Below, piece by piece: positions 47,511 to 56,622 of a DNA stretch of 64,000 nt. Numbering within the stretch: the first letter of the stretch is position 1; each line of letters begins with the position of its first letter. The notes below the pieces were generated by a model. That model worked only from the letters and a program-made list of their open reading frames with translations, had not been told where the DNA came from and made no database searches. The position numbers and the translations under genes are program-made. This stretch comes from an uncultured Fibrobacteria bacterium (GTDB lineage: Bacteria; Fibrobacterota; Fibrobacteria; UBA11236), in the NCBI GenBank assembly GCA_963716395.1, contig OY970309.1, positions 2,848,001-2,912,000 on the forward strand. The letters run 5' to 3'.

Positions 47511-49295
47511 CTAAGGCGCGATGCGCGCTTCCCAAATCCCTTTGGCCAAAAAGGCCGGTAGCTTCACGGCGAGCGGATCGTCGATCTGGCTGCGATGAAA
47601 GCTCCAGACCTTGCGGCCCGAAAGATCGAACAGCTCCAGCGAACGGTAGCCGGTGGGGAGCGTGTAGACCCCATTGGCGGCCATGGGCGATAAGGCCTGT
47701 TGATGCGGACGGGCGGCCAGGGCAGTTGGAGCCACGGGACCAAAGGGCTTGTAGCACGCATCGTCGTAACTGCCGGTATACTCGATGCGGTACAGGGCGC
47801 CCGATCCGGTGCAATATCCGCAATCGCTGAAACGCAGCATGTATAAAGCGCCTTCCGGTCCGAATTGGGCGTCGATATAGCTGGCCTTTGGAAAACCCTG
47901 GGGCGCAAAGGCGCGCACTCCGGCCGTGCCCGCGGGGATATGACCGGTGGAATCCAGCACGATCCACAATAGCGTCTGCCGGCTCCAGTCGAAGAACAGC
48001 ACCTTGCCTTCGTAGTACGGCGGGAATTTCACGGTGGAGGAGAGATTCGGATCATAGCGGTACATTTGGCCGCCGATAGCGGTTTCGGCGCCGTGGTTAA
48101 TGGTCGTGGTGCTGATACCACTGGCATTGAAACGCGGATCATCGTCGGTACTGTTGCCGCTGGTATAGGCCACCAAGGCCGGGACCGAGGGCGGCAAATC
48201 ATGGATACCCGTGTTCACCGGCGAATTATTCACCGGCACCTGGCAGTTGTACAGAGCTCCGCTGAAGGGCGGTATTCCCCAGGGAACGTTATAGCCGTTG
48301 CAATAGGGGTGGCCGTAAAAGCCGGGCGTCATCGCGAGATTCCATTCGTCATGTCCCGAAGGGCCGCGGGTGGGGCTGTCGGCATTGGCATCGGGCCCGA
48401 CTTCACCCCAGAAAATCCATCCCGAGCGCGTATCGACGCGCGGGTGATAAGGGTTGCGATCTCCCATGGCATAAATTTCGTGCCGTACCAAGCTGATGCT
48501 ATCTGTCGCGGACTTCCAATTGGGGTTGAAAGTCGGATCGTTGATTTTCTCCCACAAATTTCCGGTCGGAATGGAATAGGTGTTTCCAATACCGGGGGTC
48601 GGCGTTTGGCCGTCGGCAAAAGGCAGCGGGTGAATGCGGAGCACCTTGCCGCGCAAATCGTTGGTGTTCCCGGCGCTGCGCTGGGCATTGGCACTGGAAA
48701 GGTTGGGATTGATGGGCGCATAGCCGGCGTTATAACTATCATGCGGATCGCTGTTGTCTCCTGCGCCGAAAACCAGATTTCCCAGGGAGTCAAAGCTCAT
48801 GCCGCCCGCGGCGTGGTGATTGTCGTTGGGGTCGCGCTGGAATTGCAAAATCACCTTTTTGTTGGTGAGTTGGTTGTTAGTCACCGTCCAACGGCTTAGT
48901 TCCACGGTGCGGGTAGAGTTGCCGGGCAGGGTGTAGTCGAAGTAAATCCAGTGCGTGGTCTCGAAGTCTGGAGGCGTCGCCACGCCCAAAAGACCGTCTT
49001 CGGTGTCGAAGCGCACCGGGATGTTGCCGACGGTCGATACTTTTTGGGTCGTCGGATCGTACATCTGCACATCGCCGCTTTGCATTTGAATGACGAAAAC
49101 CCGGCCGTCGGGTACGACGCTCATGCCCACGGGCCCCGCGCTGCTATTCGTGGTCTCGGTCAAAGCTCCGCCGGATGCTACTAGGGTAACCGTGCGAAAT
49201 TCCGACCCGGTAGGCTCGACACAGGCGGTTTGGGCGCCGGCTTGCAGAGCCAGACAGAGTGTGAAGAGGGTGCCGGAATAGGCGAAACCACGCAT
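47511..49295 (-). CDS. Secreted PQQ-dependent sugar (glucose/sorbosone-type) dehydrogenase with a T9SS-like C-terminal domain
   Basis: EDGLLG...PPDF, HHAAGGM.F, GDN, NTNDLRGKVLRI, EIYAMG.RNP, GEVGPD, DEWN, FGPEGALY. Confidence 0.88.
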   Translation of the reverse strand: MRGFAYSGTLFTLCLALQAGAQTACVEPTGSEFRTVTLVASGGALTETTNSSAGPVGMSVVPDGRVFVIQMQSGDVQMYDPTTQKVSTVGNIPVRFDTEDGLLGVATPPDFETTHWIYFDYTLPGNSTRTVELSRWTVTNNQLTNKKVILQFQRDPNDNHHAAGGMSFDSLGNLVFGAGDNSDPHDSYNAGYAPINPNLSSANAQRSAGNTNDLRGKVLRIHPLPFADGQTPTPGIGNTYSIPTGNLWEKINDPTFNPNWKSATDSISLVRHEIYAMGDRNPYHPRVDTRSGWIFWGEVGPDANADSPTRGPSGHDEWNLAMTPGFYGHPYCNGYNVPWGIPPFSGALYNCQVPVNNSPVNTGIHDLPPSVPALVAYTSGNSTDDDPRFNASGISTTTINHGAETAIGGQMYRYDPNLSSTVKFPPYYEGKVLFFDWSRQTLLWIVLDSTGHIPAGTAGVRAFAPQGFPKASYIDAQFGPEGALYMLRFSDCGYCTGSGALYRIEYTGSYDDACYKPFGPVAPTALAARPHQQALSPMAANGVYTLPTGYRSLELFDLSGRKVWSFHRSQIDDPLAVKLPAFLAKGIWEARIAP

Positions 49296-49713
49296 ACAAA
49301 TCTCCTTTTGCGTTTATGAATCACGACGCGGGTTGTCGGCCGGCAAGCATGCTTCGCAACCAATTGCCAGGCTGCGATTTTCTCTACACTTCGTATGCCC
49401 TGAATTGCCAAAAATTTGGCATTCAAAGTAGCCGTCTCTCCGCTTTCCCATCGGGCTTAAATATATAGCCAACCGCCCAAATTGAATGGCCGGATCCTCG
49501 TTTTTTGCCTTTTTGCCCAGCGTTACCCTTAAAGCACCTTCGGGATAACGATTTAAGCACAGCTTACAGGCCGAAGCGCAGTTTTGAATTCACCGGTACC
49601 AAGCCCCAAGTCGTCTTTCATTATCTGTCGTGAAATGTCGTTTCTGGTTATACCGCCTTGGATATTTTTGGCCAGTTCCGCCCCGCGATTCCGGCATTTG
49701 TCAGGAAATATCC

Positions 49714-49729
49714 TGGCCCAGTCCTTGCA
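49714..49729 (+). promoter_or_regulatory. Putative sigma-54 (-24/-12) promoter
   Basis: TGGCCC-AGTCC-TTGCA versus consensus TGGCAC-N5-TTGCW. Predicted +1 near 49740. Confidence 0.55.
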
Positions 49730-49741
49730 GGTCGCCCGTTT

Positions 49742-52700
49742 ATGTCCATTCGGGTTTCGCTGCGCCATTTGACCCGGTACGAATACGACAGGCCGGTAAC
49801 CCTGTCTCCGCAGCAAATCCGGTTGCGGCCCGCGGCACATTGCCGGGTTCCGGTCACGGCTTACTCCTTGCGTGTGGAACCCAAGCCCCATTTCTTGAAT
49901 TGGCAGCAAGACCCCTTCGGCAATTTCGTGGCGCGGGTGGTATTTCCCGACCCGCAACGGCGCTTCGAAGTCGAAGTCGGCTTGCTGGCCGAGATGACGG
50001 TCATCAATCCCTTCGATTTTTTCGTCGAGCCCGAAGCCGATCATTTCCCTCTAACCTATGGGCCGGGGTTGCGGGAATCGCTGCAACCCTATTTGGAAAT
50101 GCGGGAGCAAAGTCCGCTGCTGCGGGAATGGATGGCAACCCTCGATCGCACCCCGCGCAATTTGATCGACTTTCTCATCGACCTGAACCGGCGTCTGCAG
50201 GGCGACGTGGGCTACACCATCCGCCTCGAAAGCGGCGTGCAGACCTGCGAAGAAACATTGGAAAAGCGCTCGGGTTCATGCCGCGATTCCGCCTGGCTGC
50301 TGGTGCAAGTGCTCCGGCGGCTGGGAATCGCCGCACGCTTTGCTTCGGGGTACCTGATTCAATTGAAACCCGACGAAAAGCCCTTGGACGGGCCGCCCGG
50401 ACCTGAAAGCGACTTCACCGATTTGCATGCCTGGGCCGAAGCCTTCGTGCCCGGAGCGGGATGGATCGGCCTCGACCCGACTTCGGGATTGCTCGCCGGT
50501 GAGGGCCACATTCCGTTGAGCTGCACGCCTTCGCCCGAAGACGCGGCGCCCATCACCGGGTCCACTTCGGAATGCCAATCCCGGTTTCAGTACCACATGG
50601 AAGTTTCGCGCCATCAGGAAACGCCGCGGGTCACCGCGCCGTATACCGATGCGCAATGGCACAGCCTGCTGGCCGCCGGCGATCGGGTCGACGCGGCCAT
50701 GCTGGCCGACGGGTTGCATCTCACCCAGGGCGGCGAACCCACCTTCGTGTCGGTCGACGATCGCGACCTGCCCGAATGGAATACCGAAGCCCGGGGCGAC
50801 CGCAAATTCGCGCTGGCCAACCGCTTGCTGTGGCGTCTGAAAGACCGCTTTGCTCCGGGATCGCTGCTGCATTTCGGACAGGGCAAATGGTATCCGGGCG
50901 AACCGCTGCCGCGTTGGGCCTTGACCACCTATTGGCGCGCCGACGGCCAACCCGTGTGGAACGACGATGCCTGGCAGGCGCGCGAACCTGCCGCCGGCCT
51001 GGGGCCGAGCGCAGCCGAAGCGCTGGCGCGCGCCATTGCCCGGCAACTGCTCCTGGATGAGCGCTGGGTGCAGGCCGCGCAGGAAGATGTCTTCTATTAC
51101 CTGTGGCAGGAAGGGCGTTTGCCCCTCGAATTCGATCCGCACAGCGAAGGTTTGCGCGACGATGTCGAACGCGAGCGTTTGTTCAAATTGCTCGACCGGG
51201 GGTTGAACCACATCGCCGGCTACGTTTTGCCGCTGCAAAGCGATTTCGACGGGGTGCGCACGCACTGGCTTTCGGGCTGGTGGGATTTCCGCCGCGGGCA
51301 TCTGTTTCTGCTGCCCGGCGATTCGCCGCTGGGCTATCGCCTGCCGCTGGGCAGCCTGGCGCGCGGCCTGCAAGCGCCCGAGGAACCGGTGGCCTTGTCG
51401 CCGCTGGCGGTGCGGCCTCCGCTTCCCGAAACGTTGAAGCCGCCGCAGGCCATCCTCCAGTTGCGCCACCCGGCCGATGCCGGTGCGGAGGCGGCGGACC
51501 CGGCCGCGGGCCGGTCCGAAACCAAGACAGAAGACAAAGACAAAGCGCGCACCGCTCTGTGCGTGGAGGAACGGGACGGATTTCTGTACGTGTTTCTTCC
51601 GCCGGTTGCGCATCTCGAAACCTTTCTCGAATTGACGGCCGCGGTGGAAGCAGCGGCGGCCGAAACCGGATTGCCGCTGCGAGTCGAAGGCTATCCTCCC
51701 CCCGTCGATTACCGCCTTCGGCATTATTCCATCACGCCGGATCCGGGTGTGATCGAAGTCAACATCCATCCCGCCTCCTCGTGGCGTGAGTTCGTGCACC
51801 ACTTGGACGTCTTGTACGACGAAGCACGCGCCTGCCGCTTGAGCACGGAGAAATTCCAACTCGACGGCCGGCATACGGGCACGGGCGGCGGCAACCACGT
51901 GGTGTTGGGGGCCGCGCGTCCGGCCGACAGCCCCTTTTTGCGGCGGCCGCAGCTTTTGCGCAGCCTGGTGAATTTCTGGCAGAATCATCCCAGCCTGTCA
52001 TATTTGTTCTCGGGGCTGTTCATCGGACCCACCAGCCAGTCGCCCCGCGTGGACGAGGCGCGCGACGAAGCCTTGGCCGAGTTGGAATTGGCCTTTCAGC
52101 AGGTTCCGGACGGCGAGGCGCTGCTGCCTTGGCAGGTCGACCGCATCTTCCGCCATTTGCTGGTCGATCTCACCGGCAACACGCATCGCGCCGAATTTTC
52201 CATCGACAAACTGTACAGCCCCGACAGCCTCACCGGTCGCCTGGGCCTGTTGGAGTTGCGCGGCTTCGAAATGCCGCCGCATGCGCGCATGGGCGCGGCC
52301 CAAGCGCTGTTGGTGCGGGCGTTGGCGGCGCGGTTCTGGAATCATCCCTATCGCATGCCGTTGCAACCCTGGGGCGTATCGTTGCATGACCGCTGGATGC
52401 TGCCGCATTTTCTCTGGCGTGATTGCGAGGAAGTGCTGGGCTTTCTGGACGGAGCGGGCTTTGCCTTCGATCCGGCCTGGTATGCGCCGTTTCTCGACTT
52501 TCGCTTTCCCCGTTGTGGCGAGGTGCAATGCGGCGATGTGCATCTGGAGATCCGCACCGCCGCCGAACCCTGGCCGGTACTGGGCGAAGAGGCGTCGGCA
52601 CAAGGCACAGCCCGCTATGTCGACGCATCGCTGGAACGCTTGCAGGTTAAGGTGCGCGGCTTCACCAGCCGCCGCCACGGCGTGTTATGCAATGGCCGCA

Positions 52701-53044
52701 GCCTGCCGTTAACGCCTACGGGCGTGCAGGGCGAGGCCGTGGCCGGCCTGCGGTTCCGCGCCTGGCAGCCGCCGGCCTGCCTGCATCCGCTGATCCCGGC
52801 GCAGGGTCCCTTGGTCTTCGATCTTGTCGACCGCTGGAACGGCCGATCTCTGGGCGGCTGCACCTACCACGTCATGCATCCGGCGGGCCGCAACTACGCC
52901 ACTTTTCCGGTCAACGCGGCCGAAGCCGAAGCCCGCCGTGCCGCGCGCTTCGAAGCGCGCGGGCATAGCCCCGCCGCCGTGGATTGGGTCCCGCCGCGCG
53001 TGCATCCCGACCATCCTTTGACCCTGGATTTGCGGGAGCCCTGA
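49742..53044 (+). CDS. Transglutaminase-like domain fused to DUF2126 (putative COOH-NH2 amidoligase)
   Basis: H.TRYEYDR, SGSCRDSAW, TDLHAW.E, GWIGLDPTSG, LTQGGEPTFVS, TPDPGVIEVN, GTGGGNH, NTHRAEF.IDKL, LELRGFEMPPH. Confidence 0.93.
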   Translation: MSIRVSLRHLTRYEYDRPVTLSPQQIRLRPAAHCRVPVTAYSLRVEPKPHFLNWQQDPFGNFVARVVFPDPQRRFEVEVGLLAEMTVINPFDFFVEPEADHFPLTYGPGLRESLQPYLEMREQSPLLREWMATLDRTPRNLIDFLIDLNRRLQGDVGYTIRLESGVQTCEETLEKRSGSCRDSAWLLVQVLRRLGIAARFASGYLIQLKPDEKPLDGPPGPESDFTDLHAWAEAFVPGAGWIGLDPTSGLLAGEGHIPLSCTPSPEDAAPITGSTSECQSRFQYHMEVSRHQETPRVTAPYTDAQWHSLLAAGDRVDAAMLADGLHLTQGGEPTFVSVDDRDLPEWNTEARGDRKFALANRLLWRLKDRFAPGSLLHFGQGKWYPGEPLPRWALTTYWRADGQPVWNDDAWQAREPAAGLGPSAAEALARAIARQLLLDERWVQAAQEDVFYYLWQEGRLPLEFDPHSEGLRDDVERERLFKLLDRGLNHIAGYVLPLQSDFDGVRTHWLSGWWDFRRGHLFLLPGDSPLGYRLPLGSLARGLQAPEEPVALSPLAVRPPLPETLKPPQAILQLRHPADAGAEAADPAAGRSETKTEDKDKARTALCVEERDGFLYVFLPPVAHLETFLELTAAVEAAAAETGLPLRVEGYPPPVDYRLRHYSITPDPGVIEVNIHPASSWREFVHHLDVLYDEARACRLSTEKFQLDGRHTGTGGGNHVVLGAARPADSPFLRRPQLLRSLVNFWQNHPSLSYLFSGLFIGPTSQSPRVDEARDEALAELELAFQQVPDGEALLPWQVDRIFRHLLVDLTGNTHRAEFSIDKLYSPDSLTGRLGLLELRGFEMPPHARMGAAQALLVRALAARFWNHPYRMPLQPWGVSLHDRWMLPHFLWRDCEEVLGFLDGAGFAFDPAWYAPFLDFRFPRCGEVQCGDVHLEIRTAAEPWPVLGEEASAQGTARYVDASLERLQVKVRGFTSRRHGVLCNGRSLPLTPTGVQGEAVAGLRFRAWQPPACLHPLIPAQGPLVFDLVDRWNGRSLGGCTYHVMHPAGRNYATFPVNAAEAEARRAARFEARGHSPAAVDWVPPRVHPDHPLTLDLREP

Positions 53045-53147
53045 TGCCGCGCGTCGTCGCTGCCGGGCCGGCGGAGCCCGCAAACCGCTTGTGGAAACGA
53101 AGCCGCGATGTTACCATCATCCCCATTGAAAGGCCTCGCCGGCAGCC

Positions 53148-55661
53148 ATGACCTCCTTGGTTCATCCCGCTTTTTCCAGCCTCTCGGGCTTGCTCCGCGG
53201 TTACCTGCCGCCGCCGGATTCGTGGGACGAAATGGTGGACGGGACGGGGGCGGTGCGGCCCGGTTGGCAAGGTCTCGCGGCCGCGCTCGACGCCTTGGGT
53301 CCTGAATCCCTGGTCCGGCGCGCCGAAGAGGTCAAAGAGCAACTGCGCTTCAACGGCGTCACCTACCACGTGTACGGCGATCGGCAGGGGGCGGATCGCC
53401 AATGGGAGCTTGATCCCGTTCCCGTGGTGTTCGACAGCGGGGTGTGGAGCGAACTGGAACGCGGGCTTATCCAGCGCGCCGAATTGCTCGAAGCCGTGCT
53501 TCGCGACATCTACGGCCCCCGCCTGCTGGTGAAAGAGGGGCTGCTGCCGGCTTTGTTTTTGTATGCGCATCCGGGCTTTCAACGGCCCTGTGCCGGTTCG
53601 CTCGACGGGGTGGCGCGCCTGCTGCATGTCTACTCGGCCGACATGGGGCGCCGGCCCGACGGTTCTTTCTGCGTGGTCAGCGATCGCTGCCAGAACCCTT
53701 CGGGTTATGGCTACGCCCTGGAAAACCGGTTGATTCTGGGCCGGGTGTTGCCGAGCCTATTCCGCCATTTCGGGGTGCACCGCCTGGCGCCTTTTTTCCA
53801 ATCACTGCGGCGCGGATTGCTGCAAGCCGCCCCGCCGGGAGTCGCCGCACCCCAGGTCGCGCTGCTCAGCGCCGGCCCCGAAAACGAAACTTTTTTCGAA
53901 CAGGCGTATCTGGCCAGTTACCTCGGCCTGCCGCTGGTGCGGGGCAACGATCTTTCCGCGCGCCCGGAGGGCGTGTTTTTGGAGGGCCTGGGCGGATCGC
54001 GTCCTTTGCACGTGCTGTTGCGCCGCGTCGACGACGCCTATTGCGATCCGCTGGAATTGGAGGGCGCTTCGGTGCTGGGCGTGCCGGGCCTGCTGCAAGC
54101 CGTGCGCCGTCGGCGCGTCACCGTGGCCAACGCGCTGGGCAGCGGTGTGCTGACCGGATCGGGGCTGATGGCCTTTTTGCCCGCTTTGTGTCGGCGTCTC
54201 TTGGGGCAGGATTTGCGTCTGCCCTCGACCCCGACCTGGTGGTGCGGCGACGCCGGCCAGCGGGAAGAGGCGCTGGCGCGCTTCGACACGATGGTGGTCA
54301 AGCCGCTGTACCAGGGGCCGCGCCGCAGCACCTGGTTCGTGCAAACCCTGTCGAAGGAGCAGCGCGAGCGGCTGCTGTCGCGCATTCGCGCCAAACCCCA
54401 TCTCTACCTGGTGCAGGAACAGGTGCCGCTGTCGACCACGCCCTGCTTTGTCGACGGTCGCCTCGAACCCCGGCGCATGGTGCTGCGGAGCTTTTTGGCC
54501 GCGGTCGATAAAACCTATGAGGTGATGCCGGGCGGGCTCACGCGCGCCTCGTTGCAGCCCGAATCGAATGCCGTCACCGGCCAGGAAGGGGGTATCAGCA
54601 AAGATACCTGGATCGTCGCGTCGGAGCCGGTCGGCGCCGAGGCCCCGGTCGAGACGGTCTCGCCCTTGGTGCGCCTCAACCGCGAAATCACGCCGCTGCC
54701 GGGTTTTGCCGCCGAAAACCTGTTCTGGCTGGGCCGCTATCAGGAGCGGTTGGAAGCTCAAGCCCGCCTGTGGCGGGAGGCCTTGTCGTTGTCGGGCGAA
54801 GACCAAGGCCTGGGCGAAGCCGTTCCCGATGGCCTCCTCCGCATGCTCCGGGCCTTCCAACCCGGGATGTCGACCGCTCCCGCGGGATTGGAGGCGGCGC
54901 TTATCGCCTCGCTGGCGGCGCGCGTCGATTTGGGATCCCCCGCGTTCAATCTGGCCGCCTTGCGCCGATCGGCGCGCGTCGTGCGCGAACTGCTGTCGCA
55001 TGACGCCTGGCTCAGCCTGCATGCCTGGCAGGACGACGGCGGCGAGTCGGACGTTTTGGCCGAACCTGATGCGGGCGCGGCCTTGACCCATCTCGACCGG
55101 TTGGTCGTGGGGCTGGCCGGCTTTGCGGGGCTGACCGTCGAAAGCATGACCCAGGGTCCGGTGCGGCGCTTTCTGCAATTGGGCCGTCGTCTCGAACGTG
55201 CGCAACTGACTTGCCGAAATTTGGGCACCGCCTTTGCTCAGGGCGATTCCCAGCGCGGTTTATGGCGGGCGTTGCTCATTGTCCACGACAGCGTCATCAC
55301 CTACCGCAACCGTTACGCGGCGGAGCTGCAGCCTGCGGCTGTGATCGACGTGCTGCTTTGCGATGAATTGAATCCCCGCTCGGCTTCCGCGCCGCTACTG
55401 CGTCTATTGGAAGACATGGCGGAAATTCCGCGTCCCGAACCCGGGCAAATCCTGGAAATCGAAAAGCTGACGCGGCAAACGCTGCAAACCGTGCGCGGCT
55501 TCAACCCCGCGGTCCAAGCCGGACTCTCGCCTGCCGTGTATGAAAACCTGGAGCATGTCCTGGGACAAATCGAAGGTGGCCTGGCCCGGATTTCGGATTA
55601 CCTGGCCGTCGATTTCTTCCGCCAGCGGCCCATGACGCAAACCCTCAAGGAATGGAGCTGA
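53148..55661 (+). CDS. Circularly permuted type-2 ATP-grasp protein fused to an alpha-E domain
   Basis: WELDPVP, PSG.GYALENR, RRVDD..CDPLEL, VMPGGLTR, SKDTW, AENLFWLGRY.ER, LGRRLERA, NPRS. Confidence 0.93.
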   Translation: MTSLVHPAFSSLSGLLRGYLPPPDSWDEMVDGTGAVRPGWQGLAAALDALGPESLVRRAEEVKEQLRFNGVTYHVYGDRQGADRQWELDPVPVVFDSGVWSELERGLIQRAELLEAVLRDIYGPRLLVKEGLLPALFLYAHPGFQRPCAGSLDGVARLLHVYSADMGRRPDGSFCVVSDRCQNPSGYGYALENRLILGRVLPSLFRHFGVHRLAPFFQSLRRGLLQAAPPGVAAPQVALLSAGPENETFFEQAYLASYLGLPLVRGNDLSARPEGVFLEGLGGSRPLHVLLRRVDDAYCDPLELEGASVLGVPGLLQAVRRRRVTVANALGSGVLTGSGLMAFLPALCRRLLGQDLRLPSTPTWWCGDAGQREEALARFDTMVVKPLYQGPRRSTWFVQTLSKEQRERLLSRIRAKPHLYLVQEQVPLSTTPCFVDGRLEPRRMVLRSFLAAVDKTYEVMPGGLTRASLQPESNAVTGQEGGISKDTWIVASEPVGAEAPVETVSPLVRLNREITPLPGFAAENLFWLGRYQERLEAQARLWREALSLSGEDQGLGEAVPDGLLRMLRAFQPGMSTAPAGLEAALIASLAARVDLGSPAFNLAALRRSARVVRELLSHDAWLSLHAWQDDGGESDVLAEPDAGAALTHLDRLVVGLAGFAGLTVESMTQGPVRRFLQLGRRLERAQLTCRNLGTAFAQGDSQRGLWRALLIVHDSVITYRNRYAAELQPAAVIDVLLCDELNPRSASAPLLRLLEDMAEIPRPEPGQILEIEKLTRQTLQTVRGFNPAVQAGLSPAVYENLEHVLGQIEGGLARISDYLAVDFFRQRPMTQTLKEWS

Positions 55662-55663
55662 GC

Positions 55664-56563
55664 ATGCCGGTGTACACGATCCGCCACCGCACGCACTACG
55701 CCTACTCCGAAGAAGTCGCCGCCAGCGTGAATCAGGCGCGCGTGCAGCCGCGCGATTTGCCGGGTCAGCGCCTGCTCAGCTTCCAACTCGAAGCCCAACC
55801 CGTCGTGTCTAATTATGAGGAAGGTTGCGACTTCTTCGGAAACTCCACCCTCTTTTTCCAACTCCCCAATCCGCATCGGAACTTCGCGATCACGGCCATG
55901 AGCCGGGTCGACGTCTCGTGGGCCGAAGTCGAAATCCCGCCACCTTCGCCCGCCTGGGAAGAGGTGGTGCGGCACCTCGAATCCGACACCTCGGCCGATG
56001 TGCACAACGTCCAATTCTGCCTGGAATCTCCTCTGGTGCGATCGTTTCCCGAATTGCGCGACTATGCGCAGCGATCTTTTTTCCCCGGCAGGCCGGTGGC
56101 CGAGGCGGCCTTTCATCTGATGCAGCGCATCCACCGCGACTTCCGCTTCCGGCCCGGTTCCACCAGCCTTTCCACCACTCTGGAAACCGTGTTCCAGAAC
56201 CGCAGCGGCGTGTGCCAGGATTTTTCCCATTTCATGATCGGCTGTTTGCGCAGCCTGGGACTGCCGGCCCGGTATGTCAGTGGTTACCTCGATACCCGGC
56301 CGCCTCCGGGCAAGCCCAAACTGCTGGGGGCCGACGCGTCGCATGCCTGGGTGTCTTTGTTCGTGCCCGGCGGTGGCTGGATGGATTTCGATCCCACCAA
56401 CAGCCTGTTGCCCGGTCCGCGCCACATCACCGTGGCCTGGGGCCGCGACTTTTCCGACGTTAGCCCCTTGCGCGGGGTGCTTTACGGCGGGGGCGCGCAA
56501 ACGCTCAAGGTCGAGGTCGATGTCATGCCGGAAAATCCGGATACATTCGCCCCGGCGGCTTAA
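55664..56563 (+). CDS. Transglutaminase family protein
   Basis: H.THYAY, GVCQDFSH, ARYVSGYL, ASHAW, FDPTN, GRDFSDVSP. Confidence 0.95.
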   Translation: MPVYTIRHRTHYAYSEEVAASVNQARVQPRDLPGQRLLSFQLEAQPVVSNYEEGCDFFGNSTLFFQLPNPHRNFAITAMSRVDVSWAEVEIPPPSPAWEEVVRHLESDTSADVHNVQFCLESPLVRSFPELRDYAQRSFFPGRPVAEAAFHLMQRIHRDFRFRPGSTSLSTTLETVFQNRSGVCQDFSHFMIGCLRSLGLPARYVSGYLDTRPPPGKPKLLGADASHAWVSLFVPGGGWMDFDPTNSLLPGPRHITVAWGRDFSDVSPLRGVLYGGGAQTLKVEVDVMPENPDTFAPAA

Positions 56564-56622
56564 TCCCTCTTCACATCCCGACGCGCCCGCGAGGTCGGGC
56601 CCGCCGGGCGGTTTGAGGGTCT

